42,213 nt of DNA from an uncultured Rhodothermaceae bacterium (GTDB lineage Bacteria; Bacteroidota; Rhodothermia; Rhodothermales; DASSAV01). Positions 25,190 to 33,020 of the stretch are shown piece after piece (the first letter of the stretch is position 1; each line of letters begins with the position of its first letter). The stretch lies in contig CBDTTW010000003.1 in assembly GCA_965363675.1 (NCBI GenBank), positions 1 to 42,213 of the forward strand, written 5' to 3'. Position numbers and translations under genes: made by a program. Under the pieces are notes generated by a model. That model saw only the letters and a list, made by a program, of their open reading frames with translations. It made no database searches and was not told the DNA's origin.

Positions 25190-25699
25190 ATGCGGGCCGC
25201 CGTTCACACGTTTCCTCTCCGGCAGGCGCTGCGCCCCTGGCTCGGCTCCATCGCGCTGGCGCCGCTGTGCGCGTACTTCGCACTCCGCCACGGCGAGTAC
25301 ACGTTGCTGGACCATGCGGACCTGATTATCCACGAAGCCGGACACTTTTTCTTCCGCTTCTTCGGGGATTTTCTGTACATGTTCGGCGGAACCCTCATGC
25401 AGATGCTGCTGCCGGGGCTGCTCGTCTGGAACTTCGTGCTCAACGACTATACGCTGGGAGCGCAGCTTTCGCTGTTCTGGCTCGGGCATAACCTGCTCAA
25501 CATCAGCGTGTACGCCGCCGATGCGCAGGCGCGGGCGTTGCCCCTTTTGGGCGGCGCATCGGCCATCCACGACTGGTGGAGCCTGCTCGGCCGCCTGGGC
25601 CTGCTGCACTGGGACGCCGGCATCGGCATGTGCTTCTACGCTTCGGCGCTTTTCGTTTTCGGCTGCTGCCTGGCCGCCCCGCGCCTCATGAACGCCTGA
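25190..25699 (+). CDS. Small integral membrane protein with HExxH motif (M50B-like metallopeptidase)
   Basis: IIHEAGH within a TM helix, GGT motif and a distal HDW. About 4-5 TM segments. Confidence 0.7.
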   Translation: MRAAVHTFPLRQALRPWLGSIALAPLCAYFALRHGEYTLLDHADLIIHEAGHFFFRFFGDFLYMFGGTLMQMLLPGLLVWNFVLNDYTLGAQLSLFWLGHNLLNISVYAADAQARALPLLGGASAIHDWWSLLGRLGLLHWDAGIGMCFYASALFVFGCCLAAPRLMNA

Positions 25700-25824
25700 C
25701 GCCTTTCCGGGAAGCGTCTGGTTCCCAAGCGCTTAGCGGCGCTCGGATTGGCGTAATGTTTGCACGCTATTTTGCGGAAGGGCGGCGAAGGGCTGCCCAC
25801 GCAAACGACGGAGGAAGTGAAACG

Positions 25825-26223
25825 ATGGAAGCGGCTTCGCAACACACTCATCTCAAGCCCCGCGTGCTCGTCATCGACGCCGACAGCGCCGCCTTGCGGC
25901 GCATGCATTCCGTGCTGGATGAGGAATACGAGGTGCACCTTGCCTCGTCGGTTTCCCTTGCCTTGTTGCTGCTGAGCGAGTTCCGGTACAAGCTCATCCT
26001 GACCTCTCTGGCGTTGCCGAGCCGCTACGCAGGGGTCAATATCGTCCGCGTAATCCGCACGAAGCCGTTCAGCCGCCGCACGCCCGTAGTGGCGCTTGCG
26101 GCCCCCGGCGACGAGCCGGACCTTGCCCGCGAACTCGACGGGTGGCTCGAAGACGCCGGCGAAACCGGGCAGGTGCGCGCCGCGCTTCTGCACTTCAGCG
26201 CCCGCTCTGCCGGCCGCGCCTGA
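25825..26223 (+). CDS. Stand-alone atypical (pseudo-)receiver domain protein
   Basis: CheY-like pattern RVLVIDAD...LILTSLALP...G...TPVVALAA, but the phospho-Asp, Thr and Lys positions are replaced. Strong GGAGG RBS. Confidence 0.75.
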   Translation: MEAASQHTHLKPRVLVIDADSAALRRMHSVLDEEYEVHLASSVSLALLLLSEFRYKLILTSLALPSRYAGVNIVRVIRTKPFSRRTPVVALAAPGDEPDLARELDGWLEDAGETGQVRAALLHFSARSAGRA

Positions 26224-26250
26224 GGGCGGCCTGTACGCTTGCCCGCGCCG

Positions 26251-26475
26251 TCAGCTCAGCACCCGATCCAGACGCCAGGCGCCGTCGGAGCGGTACATGT
26301 CCAGCACGCCGCCCTCGGTGACGACGCGGAAATACACGCGCCGCTCGGGCCGGCCCCACCACTGGCCCTGAATGACCCAGTAGTCGATGGTGTCGAGCAC
26401 CTTGCAACGGCGCCCATGCAGGGTAAGGCAGCGCGGCCGGTCGCCCCGCGTCTGCACGTCGATTGCTTCGCCCAC
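26251..26475 (-). CDS. DUF6504-like small protein
   Basis: V...P......GR...V...DYW...QWW...RVYFRV...G...DMY...WRL pattern. GTG start with GGAGG RBS. Confidence 0.7.
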   Translation of the reverse strand: MGEAIDVQTRGDRPRCLTLHGRRCKVLDTIDYWVIQGQWWGRPERRVYFRVVTEGGVLDMYRSDGAWRLDRVLS

Positions 26476-26555
26476 GTCTTCGCGCCTCCATCAAGCAGGT
26501 TGATGCGCGTTGTACGCCGGGGATTCAATATGTGTTTCTTATATGTTTATATATT

Positions 26556-26786
26556 TTAAAACGCCAGCGCCGCTTCCGCATAGGTCGTGTTGATGAACGC
26601 TTCGCCGCGCGCCTCGATGCTCTGGAAGATGATCCCGCCGTCCTCGGCGAGGGGGCGGCGGTGATCTACCTCGCCGGAGAGGATGCCCGCCGGGATTTCA
26701 TCGGGGAAGGCTTTGCAGCAGGAAGGTTTGGCTTCGTTCGCAGGCGCGTGCGCGCACAGCCAGCACATCGTGATCGGGTAGCACAT
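26556..26786 (-). CDS. Small Cys/His-rich hypothetical protein (CxxC...C-x-AFPxxIP...DH..P..GD-like motif)
   Basis: CWLC...CCKAFPDEIPAGILSGEVDHRRPLAEDGGIIF. It is preceded by a sigma-28-like promoter. Confidence 0.65.
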   Translation of the reverse strand: MCYPITMCWLCAHAPANEAKPSCCKAFPDEIPAGILSGEVDHRRPLAEDGGIIFQSIEARGEAFINTTYAEAALAF

Positions 26787-26873
26787 TGCCGTCGGAGTAG
26801 GGTGAATACAACGGAACAGGGCGAACCACGCCTGTTTTGAAGGGATGGAGCCCCCGCAAGCAGGCTTCCCGAA

Positions 26874-26924
26874 GTATCGCCGGCGCCTCCTTCGGGCTTA
26901 AGCGCCTCTCGGATTTTTTTGAGA
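26874..26924 (-). promoter_or_regulatory. Sigma-28-like promoter with upstream A-tract
   Basis: Minus strand TCTCAAAAAAAT...GGCGCT-TAAG-N15-GGCGATAC. Confidence 0.55.
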
Positions 26925-26954
26925 GGGGCCCGGGAATTTCCTTGGGCAAGGCGC

Positions 26955-26991
26955 AAAAAGAAAGGCTGCCCGCAGATGCAGGCAGCCTTTC
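26955..26991 (-). terminator. Intrinsic terminator of the ferritin-like gene
   Basis: GAAAGGCTGCC/GGCAGCCTTTC 11-bp stem with an A5 on the + strand side (U-tract on the - strand). Confidence 0.75.
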
Positions 26992-27012
26992 CGGAAGGAA
27001 AACAAGGCCGGG

Positions 27013-27660
27013 TCAGGAGGGGCGCTCGCCGCCCTTGTACGCGGCGCTCTTGCCCTCGTGCTGCGTCTCGCCGGTCGAGCCCACTTCGTCCGTGGCGAAC
27101 GGCGTATCGCTGTAGGCGGCGCGGCGGCCGGCGTGATCCGTAACGCCCTGCGAGGCGCTGCCCGCGCCCTGGCCGGCGGCGTGCAGGTTCACGACGTTCT
27201 CCGCAAGGTCGGTCAGGAGCGAGTCGGTCTTTTTCTCCTGGTCGAGGATCTTGCCGAGGAGCTGCTTGTCGTCCGAGCGGCCCAGCAGGTCGGCGTAGGA
27301 GCACACGGTGCCGTAGCCGGCGATCTCGTAGTGCTCGATGCGCTGCGCCATGGCGATCATGCTGGCGTCGCGCACGTCCGGCTCGGCCTTCTGCGAAAGG
27401 TGGTGCTTGGCCTCCTTGATCAGGCCCTCCATGGCCTTGCAGGTTTCGCCGGTCGGCTTCTCGCCGAGGTTCTTGAAGACCATCTCCAGGTGCTTGATCT
27501 GGTCCTTCGTCTCGCCCAGATGGGTCTCAAACGCACGCTTGAGTTCCGGGTGGGTGGCCTTCTCGATCATTTGCTCCAAGCCCGCGATGAGCTGGTTCTC
27601 GGCGCTGTACAGGTCCTTGAGTTGCTCGACGTAGAGCTCCTGCAACGTCTCTAGTTTCAT
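27013..27660 (-). CDS. YciE/YciF (DUF892) ferritin-like protein with a low-complexity C-terminal tail
   Basis: LKDLYSAENQL, HLGET, CKAMEGLIKE, AQRIEHYEIAGYGT, QEKKTD. Start at ATG 27660. Confidence 0.92.
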   Translation of the reverse strand: MKLETLQELYVEQLKDLYSAENQLIAGLEQMIEKATHPELKRAFETHLGETKDQIKHLEMVFKNLGEKPTGETCKAMEGLIKEAKHHLSQKAEPDVRDASMIAMAQRIEHYEIAGYGTVCSYADLLGRSDDKQLLGKILDQEKKTDSLLTDLAENVVNLHAAGQGAGSASQGVTDHAGRRAAYSDTPFATDEVGSTGETQHEGKSAAYKGGERPS

Positions 27661-27845
27661 TGGATTACCCCAACTGTTTGTTAACGCTGTCTTCCGGGCG
27701 ACTCGCTCTCGGCGAGGTCCGTATGCGTGTACGCAGCAAGGGCTTGAGGGTCCCCGCCGAAGCGCTCCCCGGCGTCGGCTTGACACGGTTATTACATGCT
27801 TCCCGAGGGTGTTACCACAGGCCCGGACGGCGCCGGCGACCCGGC

Positions 27846-28013
27846 TCAGTTGGCAAGCTCGGGGCGGCGCGTAAGGGTGGGGCAGACGTACTTCATCTTC
27901 ATGTACGCCGAGAGCGCTTCGACCTCCTCCACGTCTGCCGGGCGCCCCGGAACGTCATGGCGATTCTGGCGGCGGAGGGCCGCCGCAGCGAGCATGCGCG
28001 TCAGTTGGCTCAT
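27846..28013 (-). CDS. Possible small hypothetical protein (55 aa)
   Basis: ORF MSQLTRMLAAAALRRQ...YMKMKYVCP with GC3-rich codons in an otherwise empty gap. Confidence 0.3.
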   Translation of the reverse strand: MSQLTRMLAAAALRRQNRHDVPGRPADVEEVEALSAYMKMKYVCPTLTRRPELAN

Positions 28014-28345
28014 GGGGGCCTCGTGCAGGTTTGGGGCATAGGCCCCGGGGTTTTGCCGCCGCAGCGCGTGGCCGTTCCGGCGCGCTACAGAGAGACAACG
28101 CCGCAAAGTAAAAATGATCCGTTAATGCGCGCCGCAAAGAAGTTGTAAGGCAAGGCAAAGAAGGATAAAAGGTCCAAAAATCCGTTATTGCAATTAATTT
28201 GGTTGCCTGCCGTGAGGGTTCGGAGGCGCTGCACGACTCCCGGCCTGCTCAAGCGCCGTAAGGCATTTGCCGCACGCGCGGCGTCGCTTTGGGAGGGCGT
28301 AGGAACCTCTAGGTACGCCGACCGTTTTCCGGTCTCCGCCGATAC

Positions 28346-29413
28346 ATGCGCTGGGAGGTTATTTTGGAGGAAGGGATCTGGTTATGGGTAGGCTTCAATG
28401 CCTTTGTGCTGGCGATGCTGGCCCTCGATCTGGGGGTGTTTCATCGCAACGCCCACCAGATTTCCATTCGAGAGGCGGCCCTGACCAGCCTGGCGTGGGT
28501 CGCGCTGGCTCTCGCGTTTTGCTACGGCCTGTACCGGATCGAAGGGCCTCGGCAGGGCCTTGAGTTTCTGACGGGGTATCTCATCGAGAAGGCGCTCTCG
28601 GTGGACAATATCTTCGTCTTCGTCCTGATCTTCTCGTACTTCAAGGTGCCGCCCAAGTACCAGCACCGGGTGCTGTTCTGGGGCATCCTGGGGGCGCTCT
28701 TGATGCGCGGCTTCATGATCGGGGCGGGCGCTTTCCTGATCAGCCGCTTCGGCTGGATCATGTACGTGTTCGGCGGCTTCCTGGTCATCACCGGCATTCG
28801 GATGCTGTTCCACCAGGACGACCACATCGAGCCCGAAGCCAACCCCGTGCTGAAGCTGCTGCGCCGGTTCGTCCGCGTAACGCATTACTACCACGGCCAG
28901 CGCTTCATCGTGCGCGAGCCCAACGAGTCCGGGGGCAAGCTGCCGTGGGCCGTGACGCCGCTGTTCGTAGTGCTGCTCATGGTCGAGACGACCGACCTCA
29001 TTTTTGCCGTGGACTCTATTCCGGCCGTCTTTGCCGTCACCCAAGACACGTTCATCGTGTACACCTCGAACGTATTCGCCATTCTGGGGCTGCGCGCCCT
29101 ATACTTTCTGCTGGCGGGCGTCATCGAGAAATTCCATTACCTGAAGGTGGGCCTTTCCATTGTGCTGGTGTTCGTGGGCGTGAAGATGCTGCTGGCCGAG
29201 GTTTACCACCTGCCGATCAGCCTGTCGCTGGGCGTGATCGCCATCGTGCTGAGCATCGCGGCGGGCGCCTCGCTGCTGTTCCCGAAGCCGGCGGCCCCTT
29301 CTTCGCCGCTCGAAACGCCGCCCCCGCCTGAGCCGTATTTTCAGGACGCTGCGACGCCTACGCCGGTGGGCGACGTGCAGGCCAACGAAGAGCATCCAGA
29401 ACATCGCGCCTGA
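28346..29413 (+). CDS. TerC/Alx family membrane protein (TTG 28364 after GGAGG is an alternative start)
   Basis: LALDLG, EKALSVDNIFVF, QHRVLFWGILGA, DLIFAVDSIPA, TSNVFAILGLRALYF. Confidence 0.95.
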   Translation: MRWEVILEEGIWLWVGFNAFVLAMLALDLGVFHRNAHQISIREAALTSLAWVALALAFCYGLYRIEGPRQGLEFLTGYLIEKALSVDNIFVFVLIFSYFKVPPKYQHRVLFWGILGALLMRGFMIGAGAFLISRFGWIMYVFGGFLVITGIRMLFHQDDHIEPEANPVLKLLRRFVRVTHYYHGQRFIVREPNESGGKLPWAVTPLFVVLLMVETTDLIFAVDSIPAVFAVTQDTFIVYTSNVFAILGLRALYFLLAGVIEKFHYLKVGLSIVLVFVGVKMLLAEVYHLPISLSLGVIAIVLSIAAGASLLFPKPAAPSSPLETPPPPEPYFQDAATPTPVGDVQANEEHPEHRA

Positions 29414-30723
29414 TGTCCGACGTCATCTTCGAGATCGTCATCATCTTTGCCCTGATCGTCGTCAACGGCGTGCTGGCTATGTCCGAGATCGCGATTGTCT
29501 CGGCGCGCAAGGCGCGGCTGCTCAGCCGCGCCGAGGAAGGCGACCACCGCGCCCGGGCCGCCCTCGAACTGGCGAACCATCCCAACCGCTTCCTCTCGAC
29601 GGTCCAGATCGGCATTACGCTCGTGGGCATCTTCGCAGGCGCCTACGGCGGCGCGAACGTCTCCGACCAGCTCGCGCTTGCGCTGCGAACCTACGGCCCT
29701 CTGGAGCCTTACGCCGACGCGCTCGCCCTGGGGCTGGTCGTCATGTCGATCACGTTTCTTTCGCTGATCGTGGGCGAGCTGGTTCCCAAGCGCATCGGCA
29801 TGCACAGCCCCGAGCGCATTGCAAGCGCCATGGCCCGCCCCATGCGCATCCTCTCCATCGTGATGGCCCCGCTGGTGCACCTGCTCGGCATGACGACGGA
29901 CTTCGTGCTGCACTTGCTGCGCCTGAAAACGTACGCCGAGGAGCCCGTGACCGAGGAGGAGGTGAGCCTGCTCATCGAGCAGGGCACCCGCGCCGGCGTC
30001 TTTGCCGAAGAGGAGCAGGACCTGGTGGAGCGCGTCTTCCGCTTCGCCGACCAGACGGCCGGCGAGCTGATGACCCCGCGCGTCGAGATCGTGGCGCTCG
30101 ACGTGCAGGACCCGGTCGAGATCAACCGGCAGAAGCTCGGCGGGCAGACGCACGCCCGCTTCATCGTATGCGAAGGGGGGCTGGACAACGTCCTCGGCTT
30201 CATCCACGTCAAGGACATCCTCGCGCAGTCGCTGCAAGCAGAGCATGTGGACATTCTGGCGGTGCTGCGGCACCCGCATTTCCTCCCCGACAGCGTCAGC
30301 GCCCTACGCGTGCTGGAGCTGTTCCGCAGCAGCGGCGTCCACCTGGCGCTTGTCGTGGACGAGTACGGCGGCATCGCGGGCCTCGTCACGCTCGACGACA
30401 TCCTCGAAGCCATCGTCGGCGACATCCCGTGGGTGGGCGAAACCGCCGAGCCTGCCATCATCGGGCGGGAGGACGGCTCGTACCTGGTCGATGGGATGCT
30501 GCTGATCGACGAGTTTAAGGACGCCTTCGACATTAAGTCGTTGCCGAACGAGGATAACGGCAGCTTCCGCACGCTCGGCGGCTTCGTCGTGACCCACCTG
30601 GGCCGCATCCCTAGCGTCGCCGAGGCGTTCGACTGGGACCGGTTTCATATCGAGGTGGTGGACATGGACGGCAACCGGGTCGATAAAGTGATGATTCGGG
30701 CGACCCCGCGCGCGGAAGCTTGA
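29413..30723 (+). CDS. CNNM/hemolysin family protein (DUF21 + CBS pair + CorC/HlyC)
   Basis: NGVLAMSEIA, LSTVQIGIT, GELVPK, MTPR, VVDEYGG, TLGGF. TGATG coupling to the TerC gene. Confidence 0.95.
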   Translation: MSDVIFEIVIIFALIVVNGVLAMSEIAIVSARKARLLSRAEEGDHRARAALELANHPNRFLSTVQIGITLVGIFAGAYGGANVSDQLALALRTYGPLEPYADALALGLVVMSITFLSLIVGELVPKRIGMHSPERIASAMARPMRILSIVMAPLVHLLGMTTDFVLHLLRLKTYAEEPVTEEEVSLLIEQGTRAGVFAEEEQDLVERVFRFADQTAGELMTPRVEIVALDVQDPVEINRQKLGGQTHARFIVCEGGLDNVLGFIHVKDILAQSLQAEHVDILAVLRHPHFLPDSVSALRVLELFRSSGVHLALVVDEYGGIAGLVTLDDILEAIVGDIPWVGETAEPAIIGREDGSYLVDGMLLIDEFKDAFDIKSLPNEDNGSFRTLGGFVVTHLGRIPSVAEAFDWDRFHIEVVDMDGNRVDKVMIRATPRAEA

Positions 30724-30884
30724 GAAATGCGCCAATAGGCTATTGCGCAAAACGTGCGCATGCCCTACGCTATTACCCGGCGCAGCGCTCACGCCCGAGC
30801 ACGCCGCCGAAAAAGCGCTTACGGCGCGCGGCCCGCCGCACACGTCCGGGGCCGCCGGGCCGCTCGTCCGGCGGGAGATGGCTT

Positions 30885-31358
30885 ATGACAACGTTTAAAT
30901 CGCGGCTGGACGGGGGCTCCCGGTTTGTCTACGGCGTCGCCGCCGCCAACATGTTGCTGCTGGCAGGGTACACGTTGGCGCAAAGCAGGTCGCCGTTTGC
31001 CTTCCTGGTGGCCGGGGCCATTTTGATGGTGGGGTACGTGCCGCTGGCCATTCTGTACCCCGGCGTGCGCTACGAGATCGGCGAGGGCCGGCTGACGGCG
31101 CGCATCGGCTCGCTGCTGACGTGGAGCGTGGGCCTGCACGAGATCGAGCGCGTGCAGCCGCTCGTCTCGCGGAGCGGCCGCCTCGACGCTTCGCGCCTGC
31201 GCCTCGACTACCGGGGCCGCCGGGGCAAACGCCACATCGTCGTGACGCCGGAGGCGGGCGAAGCGTTCATGCACGCGCTCGCGCGCAGCGAACCGGCGCT
31301 GCTGCTGGAGGAAAACTCCTTGCTGCGCCTGCGCGCGGGGCGGCGCGTCCACGCTTGA
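30885..31358 (+). CDS. Two-TM protein with a bacterial PH domain
   Basis: FKSRLD + 2 TM + YEI...L...I..V...RLRLDY...IVVTP....F pattern of YyaB-like bPH proteins. Confidence 0.7.
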   Translation: MTTFKSRLDGGSRFVYGVAAANMLLLAGYTLAQSRSPFAFLVAGAILMVGYVPLAILYPGVRYEIGEGRLTARIGSLLTWSVGLHEIERVQPLVSRSGRLDASRLRLDYRGRRGKRHIVVTPEAGEAFMHALARSEPALLLEENSLLRLRAGRRVHA

Positions 31359-31363
31359 TGCGG

Positions 31364-31395
31364 AAAAGCCCCCGGCGCCGCGGCGCCGAGGGCTT
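31364..31395 (-). terminator. Hairpin terminator between the convergent PH-domain gene and tatA
   Basis: AAGCCC-C-CGGCGCC/GGCGCCG-A-GGGCTT stem, with an A-tract at 31364-31367. Confidence 0.55.
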
Positions 31396-31418
31396 CGAAG
31401 GGCGTAGGCCCCGGGGGC

Positions 31419-31754
31419 TTAGTACTGCTTGGCGGCCGGGTCGGGGTTGACCGGCTGCGGCGCGGCGGCCGGAGGCGCCTGCTGCTGCGGGGCGGCATAC
31501 GGATCGGCGGCGGGCATAGCCCCGTACTGCTCGGGCGGGCGCGGCGCCGGCGCGCCGTAGTGCGGCGGCTCGATGCGGTAGTTGGGCTGGTCGTCGAAGT
31601 TCATTTCGCGCTTGATATCCTTGGTGGCATCCTTGAACTCACGAATGCCCTTGCCCATCCCGCGCGCAATCTCCGGGATGCGCTTGGCGCCGAAGATGAG
31701 GAGAATGGCGAGGAAGATGAGGAGCAGCTCCCCCATTCCGATATTACCGATCAT
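31419..31754 (-). CDS. tatA: Twin-arginine translocase TatA/TatE subunit
   Basis: GMGELLLIFLAILLIFGAKRIPEIARGMGKGIREFK followed by a Pro-rich tail. Confidence 0.95.
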   Translation of the reverse strand: MIGNIGMGELLLIFLAILLIFGAKRIPEIARGMGKGIREFKDATKDIKREMNFDDQPNYRIEPPHYGAPAPRPPEQYGAMPAADPYAAPQQQAPPAAAPQPVNPDPAAKQY

Positions 31755-32114
31755 ATGCCGTCACCTGGTTGTGGTTGTGGGAACGCGGCGGGTTTGAGTA
31801 GCCGCCTCCCGATTCGAGTCCGTCGGCCTGACGGGCTATAGCTTACGTAAATCAATCGCTAAATCAAGCGCTTCAGGCGTGTTTCTGCACGGCGCGCCGC
31901 CGAATCGCCTTGCTGACGCTGAAACAACGCGTGCATAGGGCTAAGTTCCACGTTTGCGTAACATAGCCCGGAATAAGAAATATCTTCATAGAGGATCCGT
32001 TCCGGATGATACCTGCGCCTCTACAAAATGTGCCCGCCTTCGGCACCTGGGGCGTCGGGCTGCGTATGAGGCGCGGGCTTAGGCCCGTCCCGCTTACATA
32101 ACGCCGCCGCGCCC

Positions 32115-32765
32115 ATGGAATTGTTGCAGCAGCTCGTTGATTTGTTTCTCCACCTCGACAAGCATCTCGGGGCCATCGTCGCCGATTACGGGACGTGGAC
32201 GTACGCGGTGCTGTTCCTCATCATCTTTTGCGAAACGGGCCTCGTGGTGACGCCGTTTCTGCCGGGGGACTCGCTGCTGTTCGCCGCCGGGGCGCTGGCG
32301 GCTACTACGGTGCTGAACGTGCATGCGCTCGTGCTGCTGCTTTTCGCGGCGGCCGTGGCCGGCGACGCGCTCAACTATACCATCGGCAAGACGACCGGCG
32401 AGCTGATTCTGAGCAAGCCGCGCCGCTTCATCCGCCGGGAGCATATCGACCGCACGCATGCTTTCTACGAGAAGCACGGCGGCAAGACGATCGTGTTCGC
32501 CCGCTTCGTGCCCATCGTGCGGACGTTCGCGCCGTTCGTGGCCGGGGTCGGGCATATGGCGTACATGCAGTTTGCGACGTACAACATCGTGGGGGGGCTG
32601 ATCTGGGTGACGCTCTTCACGTACGCCGGGTACTTTTTCGGGGGCATCCCGTTCGTGAAGAACAACTTCTCCGTGGTGGTTCTGGCGATCATCTTCGTCT
32701 CGCTGATCCCGATGATCGCCGAGTTCGTCCGGAGCCGCCGTGAGGCGGGGCGGCGGACGGCGTAG
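32115..32765 (+). CDS. dedA: DedA family membrane protein
   Basis: [44 protein letters not shown]. Confidence 0.95.
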   Translation: MELLQQLVDLFLHLDKHLGAIVADYGTWTYAVLFLIIFCETGLVVTPFLPGDSLLFAAGALAATTVLNVHALVLLLFAAAVAGDALNYTIGKTTGELILSKPRRFIRREHIDRTHAFYEKHGGKTIVFARFVPIVRTFAPFVAGVGHMAYMQFATYNIVGGLIWVTLFTYAGYFFGGIPFVKNNFSVVVLAIIFVSLIPMIAEFVRSRREAGRRTA

Positions 32766-33020
32766 GCGGCCGGGCGGGGCTGCACGCGCAATTCACGGCG
32801 GCGGGGTGGGGGCAGAAAGCGTCAAAGCTGCTGTTCGGCAAGGGTTTTTGCGAAAAGCGGCCGTTTGCGAAAGCTGTACTTTACCGGTTAACCCATTCGA
32901 TAATTTGTTGTATGTTTAGGCAGTTTCCGAAGGGCTGCCTTTCGGTCCGGCAGGCGCCGTGAAAGCGCTTAGGGCAGAGGGCGGGGCCGCTTGCCGTTTC
33001 TCCAACCACGAGGGTTGTTC

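Noticed and set aside
26790-26930. Glycine or lysine riboswitch-like strings (CCGAAGGAG, AGAGGCGC) on the minus strand
   Set aside because: The other conserved elements (e.g. CUCUCAGG) are absent, and the region is better explained as a promoter.
28150-28345. yybP-ykoY or NiCo riboswitch upstream of terC
   Set aside because: The yybP-ykoY core sequences were not found. A TGAGCAGGCCGGG NiCo-like string is on the wrong strand and lacks the rest of the motif.
16553-29413. TerB and TerC as a tellurite-resistance (ter) operon
   Set aside because: They are more than 11 kb apart, on opposite strands and without terA/D/E/Z. Both families commonly occur alone.
31992-32002. GGA-N5-TCC, resembling a Bacteroidota SOS box, between tatA and dedA
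   Set aside because: The motif is too short to be significant, and the flanking genes are not DNA-repair genes.
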